A stretch of DNA of 64,000 nt from Octopus vulgaris (Eukaryota). Shown here piece after piece: positions 11,795-26,707 of this stretch. Within the stretch, counting starts at the first letter, position 1. Each line of letters starts with the position of its first letter. The notes beneath the pieces were generated by a model, which had not been told where the DNA came from, ran no database searches, and worked only from the letters and a program-made list of their open reading frames with translations. Position numbers and translations under genes: made by a program. The DNA lies in contig OX597827.1 in the NCBI GenBank assembly GCA_951406725.2, forward strand, positions 15,128,001 through 15,192,000, read 5' to 3'.

Positions 11795-13490
11795 TCATCA
11801 TCATTATCATCGTTTAACCCTTTAATGTTCAGATTATTCAATCAAACATAATGCTTATTGATTCACATTGATTTGAATTAATCATGCATTATCTCATATC
11901 TTCAAGATCTTGATGGTGTAATTACTTAATGTAGAATAACATTGTAGGGTAGGTGTGAGAGCCTGGATCTGGTCAGTTTGAACATAAAACAGATTAAATA
12001 TTTTGGCCAGTTTAAATACTAAAGGGTTAACATCCACTTTCCATGCTGGCACGGATTGGACAGTTTGACTAAGGACTGGCAAGCTCAGAGGCTGCACCAG
12101 GCTCCAATCTGATCTGGCAAGGTTTCTACAGCTGGATGCCCTTCCTAACGCCAACCACTCCAAGAGTGTAGTGGGTGCTTTTTACATGCCACTGGCACAG
12201 GTGCTAGTCAGGCAGCACTGGCATCGACCATGTTCAGATGGCACTTTTCACATGTCACCGGCACGGGATATAGTCAGAGAGCAATGGCATCGACCACATT
12301 TGGATGGTAATTTTACATGCCACCACCAGCATGGAAGCCAATCAGAGGGCACTGGCATCAACCACGTTTGGATGATGCTTTTTAACATGTCACAAACATA
12401 GGAGCCAGTCAGGGGGCACTTGCATTGACCACATTCAAATAGTGCTTTTTATGTACCACCAGCACAGGGAGTCAGTCAGGCAGAACTAGCATCAACCCAC
12501 ACTCGAATGGTGCTTATTATATGCCACCAGCACAGGTGCCAATCAGGCAGTACTGGTCACAACTATGATTTCGATTTCACTTCACTCAACAGCTCTTCTC
12601 AAGCACATCATATCACCCAACAATTCAAGGGTACTTTTAAGTGGGCTGGTTATGCAACACTGGCATCAGCCATGGCTGCGACCACACTTTACTTGCCAGG
12701 TCTTCTCCATCACAGCATATCTCCAAAGGTCTCAGTCTCTTGTCATTGCCTCTAGGAAGCCCAATGTTAGAAAGTCATGCTTCACCACTTCATCCCATGT
12801 CTTCCTGGGTCTACCTCTTCCACAGGTTCCCTCCACTGTCAGGGTGTGACATTTCTTCCCACAGCTGTCCTCATCCATACGCAACATGTGACCTATACCA
12901 GTGCAGTCATCTCTCTCGCACACCACATCTGATGCTTCTTAAATCCAACTTTTCTCTCAGGGCGCTTACACTGCCATGTATACACACTGACATTACACAT
13001 CCAACAGATCATACTAGCTTCATTTCTTTCAAGCCTACACATGTCTTCCGCAGTCATGGCCATGTTTCACTGCCATGTAGCATGACTGTTCACACACGGG
13101 CATCATACAATTTGCCTTTTACTCTGAGTGAGAGATTCTTTGTTGCCAGCAGAAGTAGGAGCTCCCTGAACTTTGCCCAGCCTATTTTTATTCTAGCTGT
13201 TACGCTCTCAGAGCATCCACTCCAATTACAAACTTGGTCACCTGGGTAGTGGAAGTTATCAACTTCTAGTATTTTCCCCTGGCATGTGATGGAAGCTTTC
13301 TGTGATGGAAGTTTTCAGTACCTTATTGCCTCCATGCATCTGCCACCCACAAAAACTATCTTCCTGGTTAACCTTCCTTTTCTACCTACACCTTTTCTAC
13401 AGATTGAGCAGGGCCATCTACCAGAAGACGTTTGCGATTTGTCTGCTTTCCTACTTACTAGGACTTTGGTTTCGATTCTAGACCTTGCTT
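11795..13490 (-). mobile_element. RTE-clade LINE 3' portion: decayed ORF end plus family D 3' UTR
   Basis: WPCSICRKGVG and GHMLRMDEDSCGKKC...GRGRPRKTWDEVVKHD (ORF end 12732), then ~60-bp tandem units and a (GAT)n tail. Confidence 0.85.
11818..12026. mobile_element. TTAA-targeting MITE nested in the RTE tail
   Basis: TSDs TTAA at 11814-17 and 12027-30; TIR cccttta/taaaggg; removing it restores cgtttaacatccactttccatgc. Confidence 0.9.
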
Positions 13491-13595
13491 TCACACCTGA
13501 AACTTCATCTCTAGAAACTTTATCTTGAGATAAATGATGTGTTAGTGTTATTTTCAATTCTGCATAATTTAAACAACAGTTTATTCACTACACCC

Positions 13596-13597
<2 letters not shown>

Positions 13598-13628
<31 letters not shown>

Positions 13629-13894
13629 ATCTATATATGTGTATGTATGCTGTATGTGTGTAAGTATATATGTATGTATATTATGTATGTATAGTATGTA
13701 TGTATATTATGTATGTATAGTATGTATGTATATTATATATATATATATATATACATACATATATATATATATGTATTATATATATATATATTATATATAC
13801 ATATATTATTTACATATGATATACATACATACATATATATATATATATAATATATATACACACACATATTTATATGTATGTATATATATATATG

Positions 13895-13939
<45 letters not shown>

Positions 13940-14020
13940 ATACATACATAATACACACATACATACATACAAATATATATATATATGTGCATGCACACAA
14001 ACACACACAAACACATATAT
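13598..14020. repeat. Compound (TG)/(TA)/(TACA) microsatellite
   Basis: Direct reading. Confidence 0.95.
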
Positions 14021-14370
14021 GCTGACCACATGGTTCTGGATTCACTCCCACAACATAGAAACTTGGGCAAGTGTCTACTACAAGAGCCCTGGGTTGACCA
14101 ATGCTTTGTGAGTGAATTTGGTAGATGGAAACTGAAAGAAGCTCATCATACACATAAACGTGTGTATGTGTGTATGTATATATGTGAGTGTGTGTATGTG
14201 TGTGTGTATTTGACTTTGTTTTGTATTTGTCTCCAACCAGTGTCAATTTGTTTATATTCCTTAACTTAGCAGTTCAGCATCAGAGACTGATAGAATAAGT
14301 ACTAGACTTAGAAAATAAGTACTGGGTTCGATTTGGTGGTGCCCCAGTATGGCTGCCATCCAATGACTGA
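14020..14370 (+). mobile_element. SINE family A, diverged
   Basis: ccacatggttctgg...ttgggcaagtgtc...gtgccccagtatggc. Confidence 0.8.
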
Positions 14371-14519
14371 TGCAGGTGCTGTGTACTGAGTGCAAGAGTG
14401 AACCTGTGCTGGTGGAAGTGATGGAAACAAGTGATGAGATCATATCTTAAAGGTTGGGCCACCAAGCTGAGAGATGAGATAACTTCATATTAGAATGGGA
14501 AGCAATACACTGAAGCTAT

Positions 14520-14669
14520 TCAACCTACGCAAGCATGGTAAAATGGACATTAAAGCACTGATGACGTTGATGGTGATGATGATGACGATAATGATGATGG
14601 TTATGATGATGGTGATGATGATGAGGACGATGATAATGATGGTGATGATGAGGACGATGATAATGATGG

Positions 14670-14700
<31 letters not shown>

Positions 14701-15205
14701 GATGATGATGATGATGACGACAACGATGATGATGATGATGACGACGATGATAATGATGGTGATGATGATGATGGTGATGATGATGGTGATGATGATGATG
14801 ATGGTGATGATGATGACGACAACGATGATGACGACGACGATGATGATGACGACGATGATAATGATGGTGATGATGATGATGGTGATGATGACAACGATGA
14901 TGATGATGATGATGACGACAACGATGATGATGAAGATGACGACGATGATAATGATGGTGATGATGATGATGGTGATGATCACGGTCATGATCATAATCGT
15001 GATGGCAATGACAATGATGAGGAGGGGGGAAAGGTGATGCAAGTGGAAGGGGAAGAGGAGGAAGGAGGTGGGGGTGATGTGAGTGGAAGGGGTGGGGAGG
15101 GGAGAAGAGGGGAACGATGATGATGACGACAGCATTGAGGACAACAATGGTGATGATGATGATGATGATGATGATGATAGATAATAATAACAACAACAAC
15201 AACAA
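14520..15205 (+). repeat. (GAT/GAC/GGT)n expansion following a family D RTE tail
   Basis: gcaagcatggtaaaatggacattaaa precedes the tract. Confidence 0.85.
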
Positions 15206-15388
15206 AGAAGATTGTGTATTGTGGGTGTGTGTGAGTCTGCATTTTTTCAGTCGGATGTTACGAATATCTATCTAAACACATGTCTACTGTTTACTGCAAG
15301 TTTACCCATCTGTAAAATGAAATAAAACTATTTGATATATCTATAGTCACACATATACATATATACATACACACACATACACCCACAC

Positions 15389-15823
<435 letters not shown>

Positions 15824-16370
15824 TACCATTTGTACGTAGAAGAATAGTGTAAAGTATGGAAATGGAAATTTCAGTGTAGCAACAGAGTGAAAACTCAACT
15901 TTTTATATAAATGAATCTACTTTCCTGCATGTATTGAGTTCTTTCTGCTTTTGCTTATGAATTGAAATGAGACATACACACATATAAAAATATGTGTGTG
16001 TGTGTGTGTGTTTGTATGTGTATATATATGAAACAGAATTATTAGTGAGTGCCCAGATTGATAATCTCATCATCATCATGAGATTATCAATCTGGGCGAA
16101 ATGCTTTATGAATAGCCTCTGTTAGTACATCAGGCCAACAATATTGTTTACATTAGTAAAGAACTCAGTGCATTCTAGTGGCAGGGTCCAAGGTTATAGT
16201 TCGTTACTATTCTATATTGTAAATCCATGGTTGCGTTCCAGTTATACAGGTCTTTACCCAAAGATATACAAGACAAGGCATAACAAAGGGGCGTTACATA
16301 TGTTTCTTTATTGCAGTAAATTTGACTCACAGTTGTTTCCACTAGTTGTTATAGGTCCATTATTGACAGA

Positions 16371-16753
16371 GAGTGGCTGTGTGGTAAGTAGCTTGCTTAC
16401 CAACCACATGGTTCCGGGTTCAGTCCCACTGCGTGGCACCTTGGGCAAGTGTCTTCTACTATAGCCTCGCGCCGACCAAAGCCTTGTGAGTGGATTTGAT
16501 AGACGGAAACTGAAAGAAGCCCGTCGTATATATGTATATATATATATGTGTGTGTATGTTTGTGTGTCTGTGTTTGTCCCCCTAGCATTGCTGGTGTGTT
16601 TATGTTGCTGTCACTTAGCGGTTCGGCAAAAGAGACCTATAGAATAAGTACTGGGTTTACAAAGAATAAGTTCCGGGGTCGATTTGTTCGACTAAAGGCG
16701 GTGCTCCAGCATGGCCGCAGTCAAATGACTGAAACAAGTAAAAGAGTAAAAGA
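16371..16753 (+). mobile_element. SINE family A, near full length
   Basis: A box tggctgtgtggt, B box gggttcagtccc, CORE-like caccttgggcaagt, gtaaaaga tail. Confidence 0.9.
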
Positions 16754-16787
16754 GAGAGATTTACTCAGTTGAGAAAAATTAGACAAT

Positions 16788-16985
16788 CTAAAAAATTAAT
16801 GCTACTTTCATCAGAAATGGCTCTGAGGAAAGTAGCATTAATTTTTTAGGTAATACAATTTTTTTCAACCAGTCAATGGGCCGATGAAGTAAACTTACCC
16901 ACAACAAACCTTTAAAGGTTACTGGAAACAGCTGTAAGACAAATTTACTACAATAAAGAAAACTATGTAATGACCATTATTTATA
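16788..16985 (+). mobile_element. Putative Penelope-like LTR remnant: 28-bp hairpin plus degenerate hammerhead motif
   Basis: Arms 16788-16815 and 16822-16849; CTGAGGA or CCGATGA ... GAAAC-AGCT-GTA with palindromic ACAGCTGT stem III. Confidence 0.45.
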
Positions 16986-17003
16986 CCTCATTATGCATGT
17001 ATG

Positions 17004-17037
<34 letters not shown>

Positions 17038-17160
17038 AAGAGAGAGAGGTGGGGAGAAGGAGAGATGCATGCATACACACACACACACCCAAACATACAT
17101 ACCAGATCCTGTCAAACTGTCCAACACATGCCAGTATAGATAGCAGATGCTAAATGATCA

Positions 17161-17162
<2 letters not shown>

Positions 17163-17207
<45 letters not shown>

Positions 17208-17242
17208 TATATATAAATATATGTATGTGTGTGTATGTATAC

Positions 17243-17278
<36 letters not shown>

Positions 17279-17497
17279 ATACATATATATACATATATAT
17301 GTATATATATATGTATGAATGTATGTATGAATATATGTATATGATTATGTGTGTGTGTAAGCATATGTTATATATGTTATACATGTATGTATATTGCTAT
17401 AATTGTCTTTTTAAAAAATAAATAGACACAATATAATGTCTATAAGTTGATGAATACCACTTCTTGATCCCCTCTATTTTCTTAATTGTTGTATAAA

Positions 17498-17594
<97 letters not shown>

Positions 17595-17650
17595 TGTATG
17601 TATATACATATATATATATATATGTATACGTATATATATATACATATATA

Positions 17651-17686
<36 letters not shown>

Positions 17687-17716
17687 TATACATATATATA
17701 TATATATATGTATACG

Positions 17717-17747
<31 letters not shown>

Positions 17748-17760
17748 GTATGTATGTATA
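17163..17760. repeat. (TA)/(TATG) microsatellite with a ~140-bp embedded element also found at about 56090-56225
   Basis: Shared taatgtcta.aagttgatgaa..ccac...tgatcccctc.attttctt. Confidence 0.8.
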
Positions 17761-18014
17761 TCAATACACACAAACATACACCATCAGATAGATGTGAACA
17801 GAGAGAGAAGTACTGCACAAATATTTCCTGTAAATTCCATGTACATTCCAAAGGACTGTCTTTACTCATTCAACAACTTTTGAAAGAAATAATCTTCCCA
17901 TATCATAATTAACCAAATTAAGTTGGCATACCCGGAAAATAACTGAGGAGCATTTGCATCCACCTTTACATTTCAAGTAAAGAACTCCTTCAAAGACAAG
18001 CAAAATGTTTTATG

Positions 18015-18133
18015 GAGTGGATGTGTGGTAAGTAGCTTTCTTACCATCCACATGGTTCCAGGTTCAGTCCCACTGTGTGGCACCTTGGGCAAGTGTCTTC
18101 TACTATAGCCTCGGAAACTGAAAGAAGCCTGTC

Positions 18134-18170
<37 letters not shown>

Positions 18171-18365
18171 TCCCCCTCCCCAACATCACCTGTACAACCG
18201 ATGCTGGTGTGTTTACATCCCTGTAAGTTAGCGGTTTGGCAAAAGAGACCGATAGAATAAGTACTAGGCTTACAAAGAATAAGTCCTGGGGTCAATTTGC
18301 TTGACTAAAGGTGGTGCTCCAGCATGGCCACAGTCAAATGACTGAAATGAGTAAAAGAATAAAAA
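18015..18365 (+). mobile_element. SINE family A
   Basis: Family A match with an internal deletion. Confidence 0.88.
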
Positions 18366-18375
18366 TATTAACTAC

Positions 18376-18548
18376 AGGTGCAGGTATGGCTGCATGGTAA
18401 TAAGTTTGCTTCCCAACCACACGGTTCCAGGCTCTGTCCCACTGTGTGGCACCTTGGGCAAGCATCTTCTACAACAGCCCCAGGCCGACCAAAGACTTGT
18501 GAGTGGATTGCATAGATGGAAACTGAAAGAAGTCTGTTGTATACAAAC

Positions 18549-18585
<37 letters not shown>

Positions 18586-18598
18586 TAGACAGATAGAC

Positions 18599-18632
<34 letters not shown>

Positions 18633-18707
18633 GTAGATAGGTAGATAGGTAGGTAGGTAGGTAGGTAGATAGATAGGTAGATAGATAGATAGATAGATAG
18701 ATAGATT

Positions 18708-18738
<31 letters not shown>

Positions 18739-19265
18739 GGATTTCTTTATTGGCCATGCAAGGCTGAACACAGATGGGACAAAATACAAAGTAGAGCTTT
18801 TCTTTTGGGGAAGAAGAGAAGGAAAAAAAAAGGAAAAAATGGGGTTGAAAAAAGGATTGTGAAAAAAAAAGTGGAGATGATCAACAGGGATCGGGTATCA
18901 CAGAAATGTCAATGCAAAAAGGGAAAACAGATTAGATTTGTCCGTGGATAGAAAAGCCTATGGAAAAGACCACGGGAACCTTGGGCAATATTGTCAGATA
19001 GATCGATAGATAGATAGATTGTAGTGTGTGCATGTGTGTGTGTGTGTGTGTGTGTTTGTCAGTGTTTGGTCCCCACCACCACTTGATAACCGATATTGGT
19101 GTGTTTACATCCCTGTAGCATAGAGGCTCAGCCAAAAGACACCGAATAAGCAGCAGGCTTTACGAAAACATAAGTACTAGGGTCGATTCGTTTGACTAAA
19201 AATTCTTCCAGGCAGTGCCCCAGCATGGTCGCAGTCTAATGACAGAAACAAATAAAAGAAAGAAA
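18376..19265 (+). mobile_element. SINE family A split by a (GACA/GATA)n expansion and an antisense LINE-like 3' end (about 18740-18995)
   Basis: 5' half 18376-18545 and 3' half 19050-19265; the insert ends gccaataaagaaat on the minus strand. Confidence 0.75.
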
Positions 19266-19876
19266 AAACCTAGCACAGATAATATAGCTTTGATAAACAT
19301 GCCTGGCGGGGAGTAGGAAGGAGGGGTTTCCTCTCCCTCGTTCTTATCTAGCCTTTATGTTCTTTCCTCTTATCTCTTTCATCTCCCACACATTCTGCAA
19401 ACTTCTGTTCTCGGTGCTATCATAAACAATCAAAACCATTTTCACACCCCAATGAAAGGCTTTTCTCAAAATCTCAGAATATTTTCTTTTCCCCCATGCC
19501 ATGCAAAACTTGTCTAATTTTCTGAATTTCATAAAAATAATCCTCGCCAGAAAACTCTGCATGCTATTTTACCAAATTAAAGAATTATTTGTCGTTTTTC
19601 TTTCTTTTTTTTTTTTTATCTTTTACTTGTTTCAGTCATCGAACTATGGCCATACTGGAGCATTGCCTTAGAGAACTTAGTCGAACAATAAGTTGGTACT
19701 TATTTCGTCATTCACTCTTTCGCTGAACTGAGATGTTATGAGGAAGTAAATAAACCAACACCAGTTGTCAAGTGGTATTTGTGGAGGGGGGCAAACACAG
19801 TTACAACCACACACACACACATACATAACTGGCTTCTACATATATATATATATATATATATATATCACCGATGATG

Positions 19877-19907
<31 letters not shown>

Positions 19908-19934
19908 TGTATGTATGTCACGTGATCACGTGAC

Positions 19935-20110
19935 CGACCAGACCATCAGATGTTGTTTAACATTTGGGAAGAATGGAAAAGTCTTACGTTTCAAGTCTAC
20001 ACTCTTTGACAGAAAGGATTAAGAAGAAAAAAGAAGAGAGAGAAAAAAAATTTCTTTGGAGATTAACAGTTGAGTATGATGAAATACCTAGAAGAAAGCT
20101 GAATGAATAC
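19935..20110 (-). mobile_element. TA-embedded element with hammerhead-like motif (CUGUCGA family)
   Basis: Minus strand: cttt CTGTCAA agagtgtagactt GAAAC GTA agac; relatives at 41706 and 56384. Confidence 0.5.
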
Positions 20111-20139
20111 ATATATATATATATATATATATATATGCA

Positions 20140-20780
20140 TATATGGGTACAGGACATCACCAACACTAAACAATATGAAATACGAAAACAAATGAGTTAG
20201 ATATACAAATAACAAGAGAAAAATGGAAAACAGGACAAGTAACACAAAGAACGACCCTTCATTATTTGTCGGCTGTCAATTTCCTCCTCATTTCAAGCAT
20301 TGAATGACAATATGAGTCTTCAAAGACAGTTGCTCCCCTAAATACCAAAATAATATTTGGGATTTATGGAGGGTCAAAGTTGGAAACAAAAATAGGACAT
20401 TGGAGACATATAAGGAAACTGAATGGAAACAAACATGGAGGGTCATTAGACCAGAACAAGGGTAAAATAGTGAGCACTGGAGAAATATTTTCTTTGAAAA
20501 GAGAAAAGACAGAAGAGAGATGTCATGGAGGAAAAGAAAAATAGTCACGTGAGGAAAAGAAAGATGGACGATGGTCACGTGTGAACAACAAGAGAGAGAA
20601 AAAGAGGAAGAGGGAGAGAGAGAGAGAAACAAATAGAAAACAGTGAAGGGGAGAAAAGGGGAATTAGGGAAGGATGGGGGAGAGAACAGAATAGAGTAGA
20701 GTCGCATCAAAAAGGTTAAGATAAATTTAGTTGGAAATGGATGCGTGACATTCAATTAAATAATAGTATGAATAATACAT
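20140..20780 (-). mobile_element. TA-embedded non-coding element, architecturally similar to 34850-35785
   Basis: Pyrimidine-rich body and similar 3' end (tgtcctgtacccatatatgcat), flanked by (TA)n. Confidence 0.5.
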
Positions 20781-20836
20781 ACATACATACACATATATAT
20801 ACATATATATATATACATATACATATATATATATAC

Positions 20837-20883
<47 letters not shown>

Positions 20884-21547
20884 TAGAGAGAGAGAGATAG
20901 AGAGAGAGAAAGAGAGATAAATAGATATACACACACACACAAATGGCAGTGCCCCAGCATGGCCACAATTCGTGAGCTGAAACTAGATACAATAAAAAAA
21001 AAGTAAATAAAATAATATATATATATATAAACATATATACATATATATAATACATACAAATATATATATACATATACACATACATATATATGTATGTGTA
21101 TAAACATGCACATACACACACACACACACATACATAATGTCCTACCTGAGTGATATTGGAGTTAAGATAGCTGGAAAACGATGTCTAATGAAATGGAGAG
21201 GGAAGCAGGAAAATACCTTGACATGGATATGGCAATCCCATGTGAGAGAAAGACCAAAGTTAAGAACTAAGAACAAATCCTCGCTTTGTAAGAAAACAAA
21301 ATAGCTGCCGCATAGGTGGAATGGTTAGGGTTGCACCCAGTTTGGTACAGTGGGTACATGGAAAACTGAGGGAAGGAGAAAAAAAATATGTTATGGTGTG
21401 GGCCGAAAGATCCTGTAAATTGCTTGATTGCATCAGTGCCGCTCAACACTGCTGGGGGTTAAAATACTGTTGGAAGGTGCCAAGATTATCATGAATTCTA
21501 GTGAATAGAGGATAAAGGAGTGTCCCACATTACATGATGTTGGTAAC

Positions 21548-21581
<34 letters not shown>

Positions 21582-21704
21582 AACCCATACCAGCATGGAA
21601 AACAGACATTAATTGATGATGAGATGATGATGATATATATATATGGCAGTGCCCCAGCATGGCCACAGCTCATGAGCTGAAACTAAAAATCAATCAAATC
21701 AATC

Positions 21705-21767
<63 letters not shown>

Positions 21768-21832
21768 AAGAGAGATAGATTGATAGATAGAAAGATATAG
21801 GTAGATAGATAGATATACATATATATAGACAT

Positions 21833-21877
<45 letters not shown>

Positions 21878-22527
21878 CATATGTATGTGTATATATTTAT
21901 ATATATATAAGTATATACATACACACACACGTGCGTGTGTGTGTGTGTGTGTCGTTGTGTGTGTATCATTGGTTATCTTAATCCGAAGATTAAGTAAACC
22001 CACCAAATATTAATGAATTCAATACATGGAATGTAGAGTGATTTATGATTATTTTTACCATCATCATCATCACCATCATCATCATTTTTCCTTCATATGA
22101 ATTTTATAGTTCTTGTTTTTAATAAAAGATTTTTTTCAAAAAGTCCTCACCTTCCATCGTTTTCCCTCTTTCTCTATCTCTTTATACATCTCTCTCTCTC
22201 TCCCCCTCTCCATCTCTATCTACATCTTTATCTCTGTGTGTGTTCTGTGCGTGTATACACAGACAGACTGGCAGACAGACAGGTTCATAGGGACGGATAG
22301 ATTTATATATAAATACATAAAATGTATACATACAATATATGTGTGAGTATGTATCCATAATGTGTGTGTGCATGTGTCTGTATTTGTGTATATGCATGAA
22401 TATGTGTGTGTGTCTATGCAGAAGTATTTTTATAATACACACACAGAACACTATAAAAACACTTATACACATCCATACACATTCACACATACATGCGTAT
22501 GTGTGAGAGTGCATGTATGTATATATA

Positions 22528-22580
<53 letters not shown>

Positions 22581-22790
22581 GTATAAAATATATATACATA
22601 TATATATGTGTATATATCTGTATGTATGTATATACATATCTATACATATATATGTATATATATGTGTGTGTATAGATATGTATATACATACATATATATA
22701 TATATATATATGTGCGTGTGCGCGTGTGTGTATATATATATGTATGTATATATCTGTATATGTGTGTGTGTGTGTATGTATATATATATA

Positions 22791-22821
<31 letters not shown>

Positions 22822-23535
22822 CTGTATGTATGTATGTGTGTGTATGTGTGTATATATATATATATATGATATTTCATGGTTAACATCTAGGATTGCTATG
22901 AATGTAAATAAAAATCCAAATTGAAGGAATGGAATAGGTAAAATCCTCGCCACATGTTTCCTGGCTAGCAGAACCTCAGAAGTAATTTCCATCCTCTACC
23001 CACCTCCTCCTCATCTTTATTCTTAACAACTTTAGACAATTGCCTTCTCCCATATTTTATTTCTTCATACAAATGTTGTTTCTATTTTGTGTTCCAGTTT
23101 CACATCCCCATTTTTCATATTTTCCCAGCTTCACCATCTCCTGCAAGTTAACTCAGGATCCCTTGACAACAAAGTAACTTTCATTTAACTAAGGTATCTT
23201 TGGTCTGATGGGTAACTAGTGGAGTACCCCTCTCATTGAGTAATTATTACTTTTGAGGCTCTGCTAATTAGGAAACATATGTAGCCTGGATGTTACCTGC
23301 TCTATTCCCACAATTTGGATTTTTATTCGCATTCATAGAAAAACCTAGACGCTTACCATGAACCATAAAATAACTTTTTGCATTTTTTCAAACTTTGATA
23401 TGGCAAAAACCTACAACCTTCAATGCCAATAAACTGTTATTGTTCCTGAAAGTTGATGTTTATTCCTACTGTGGAGTAGTGAAAGCTTACAAACTTCCGA
23501 CACCTGGATCTTTGGATCTTAAAATTACATATATA

Positions 23536-23940
23536 GGCGCAGGAGTGGCTGTCTGGTATGTAGCTTGTTTACCAACGACATGGTTCCGGGTTCAGTCCCA
23601 CTGCGTGGCACCTTGGGCAAGTGTCTTCTACTATAGCCTCGGGCCGACCAAAGCCTTGTGAGTGGATTTGGTAGACGGAAACTGAAAGAAGCCTGTCGTA
23701 TATATATATATATATATGTATGTGCGTGTATGTTTGTGTGTCTGTGTTTGTCCCCCTAGCATTGCTTGACAACCAATGCTGGTGTGTTTATGTCCCTGTT
23801 ACTTAGCAGTTCGGCAAAAGAGACCGATAGAATAAGTACTGGGCTTACAAAGAATAAGTCCCGGGGTTGATTTGCTCGACTAAAGGCGGTGCTCCAGCAT
23901 GACCGCAGTCAAATGACTGAAACAAGTAAAAGAGTAAAAG
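23536..23940 (+). mobile_element. SINE family A, full length
   Basis: ggcgcaggagtggctgt ... gtaaaagagtaaaag. Confidence 0.92.
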
Positions 23941-24219
23941 ATATATATATATATATACACACACACACATATATATATGTATATATATATATGTATATTA
24001 GAAGAAATGAGGTACTCAGAAATTCAGATGGTTTTATAGTTACAGATATATATTTTTATATTACATGTTTTTATACATCATATAACTTAGATCATGTATT
24101 AGCGCTTTCTCCCATTCTAGTGGGGTTTTCAAATCGAACTAAGTTCCTGTGTGAAAAGTTTTGACCATTTTATAGTGTTATTGAGTTTGTAGTGGTCTAT
24201 ATACATAGATATATATATA

Positions 24220-24460
24220 TATAATAAAATATTAGGGAATAAATCCAAACTTACAGGGAAGAATCAGATTTAGGATTAAATCCAATTTTATAGTAAAATA
24301 TTATATTATATTAAATTAGAGATAAAACCACTATTAGGCAACTCAAACAATGAAAAACATAAGCCAATACACAAAATTAATTAATTTATATTATTTTAAA
24401 TATATATCAAAAGTATTAAAAGTTTAATAAAAGATAAATATATATTTACATAAATCTAGA
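24220..24460. mobile_element. TA-embedded AT-rich element family (also 39391-39510 and 55876-55970)
   Basis: Shared attaaattagagataaaaccactattaggcaa. Confidence 0.7.
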
Positions 24461-25311
24461 TTATTTAAGTTATACACATATTAAGAATGTTGGGATATTT
24501 TGAAAAACTGTGGGAAATGTATCCATGTGTATAATTCGAGCTGACGTATAGAAATGTAGAGATATAGACATAAACAAAGAAAATTGTGCATATGCACATG
24601 TGCAACTGTCTGTGAGTGCGTGAGTGTGTGAGTGTATATGCAGACAAAGAAACCAACATATAGAGCAATGCACTTTATAACTGCATATCATTAAATCAGA
24701 GAAACAACATGCACATATATATATATATATATATATACATATACACACAAGAGAGCCTCACTGTGGACACTGGCCCTGCTAGAAACAACAGTCAAATCTT
24801 AACTCAAATCATGTATGATTGCTTTGCAAAAGAAACAAAGGACAGATGGGATAATGGGATAATGAGTGCAGTTCTTGAAGCACGGTAATATATAAAGAGA
24901 AAATGGAACAGATTGGTCATGGGTGGAATGCCTGTATGCCTTAATGAATTTGTTGATAGGTCAACTTGATCAGGTCAGCTGACCTGGGGTTAAGCAATAA
25001 CATCAACAACTACAACAACGATACACAATATACACACATGTTTACACACATACATTTATATACACATTTTTATATTATTATATTATTATATATACATATA
25101 TATGTAGTTCTACACATATATACTTATATATATGTACAAATATATACTTATGTATGTATATATACACATTTATATATATAAATATACACACACATATATA
25201 TATATATGTGTGTGTGTGTGTGTACAAATATATACTTATGTATGTATATATGCACATTTATATATATAAATATACACACACACATATATATAAATGTTCA
25301 TACATACATAC

Positions 25312-25371
<60 letters not shown>

Positions 25372-25556
25372 ACAAATATATACTTATGTATGTATATATA
25401 CACATTTATATATATAAATATACACACACACACACACATATATAAATGTTCATATATACATACATATATGTATATATATATATATATATACATATATAAA
25501 GATACATATATATATAGTTTATGTATTACTTGTATACACACATAAGCACTCACACT

Positions 25557-25593
<37 letters not shown>

Positions 25594-26000
25594 TGCACAA
25601 CCAAACATTTACACAAAAGTAAGTAAGTGGGAAAAAAAAAAACCACAACAAGGTACTCTTAGAGAAAATTAAGACATTCTCACAAAGGAATTAACTAGTA
25701 CACACAAGACAAAGACAAGGCGAGGCGAGGCAAGTCATGCTGTCCCAAAGCAGTGGCAGCAGCTGCATTAAAACTCTCAAAGTTTAGGAAAAAAAAAAAA
25801 AAATCTGTATCAAACAAAACAAAAAGAAAGACTGGGAATAAACAACTTCTTTTTTTCTTCTCTGATTCAACTTTGAAAAGTTAGAACTGTTTCAGATTTT
25901 CTTCCTTTGTTTGGTTCCAACCCATGTAACTCTTACTCCTAAATACTTTTACAAGTTCTTTATCTGTTTTCCAGCCTTATGTCTTTATCTGTCTACCTGA

Positions 26001-26042
<42 letters not shown>

Positions 26043-26188
26043 CTCTCGCTCTCTCTCCGTTTCTCTATTCATCAACCTATCCACTTATCCTTAGTCGTAG
26101 AACTCAAAACAATTATTCTAACGAGAAACGAAAAGTAAAAGTTTACAATTGGATCTTTCTCACCAGAAAAATATACATATATACATAC

Positions 26189-26229
<41 letters not shown>

Positions 26230-26245
26230 ATATATATATATATAT

Positions 26246-26327
26246 ATGTAAAAGTAAAAAAAAATATACAAACTGGGACAAGAACGTGAAACACCTAGAA
26301 GACGACACAAGAAATACAGGACGGGAC

Positions 26328-26387
<60 letters not shown>

Positions 26388-26446
26388 TTTGTGTCGTCTT
26401 CTAAATGTTTCACGTTCTTGTCCCAGTTTGTATATTTTTTTACTTT

Positions 26447-26451
<5 letters not shown>
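26246..26451. repeat. ~64-bp inverted repeat pair around a (TA)n spacer, itself inside (TA)n
   Basis: Arms 26246-26310 and 26389-26451. Confidence 0.9.
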
Positions 26452-26488
<37 letters not shown>

Positions 26489-26540
26489 TATATATATATA
26501 TAAACCCGACTGCGATTAAAAAACTAAAGGCAGCTCTCAC

Positions 26541-26707
26541 CTGCACTGTGTGCTCCATCAGGGTAAAGTCAAAACTGTTCTTTCTCATTACGGTTCAAGA
26601 TCTGGTTACTTCTGCTATTTTGCGATGGGGGGATTACAACAAATAACAACACCGAGAAAGCAAGTAACCAGCGGCACCGGCAGCAGCAGTAGTAGTGGCA
26701 GCAGCAG
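26541..26707 (-). other. Candidate exon containing a start codon ([19 protein letters not shown] at 26588)
   Basis: Acceptor ctttctttctgtAG and donor cag|GTgaga in unique, relatively GC-rich sequence; no recognisable homology. Confidence 0.4.

Noticed and set aside
6700-13559. In-frame stops in candidate exons rescued by A-to-I editing (stop to Trp)
   Set aside because: About one stop per 15 codons is what random AT-rich sequence gives; nothing supports recoding
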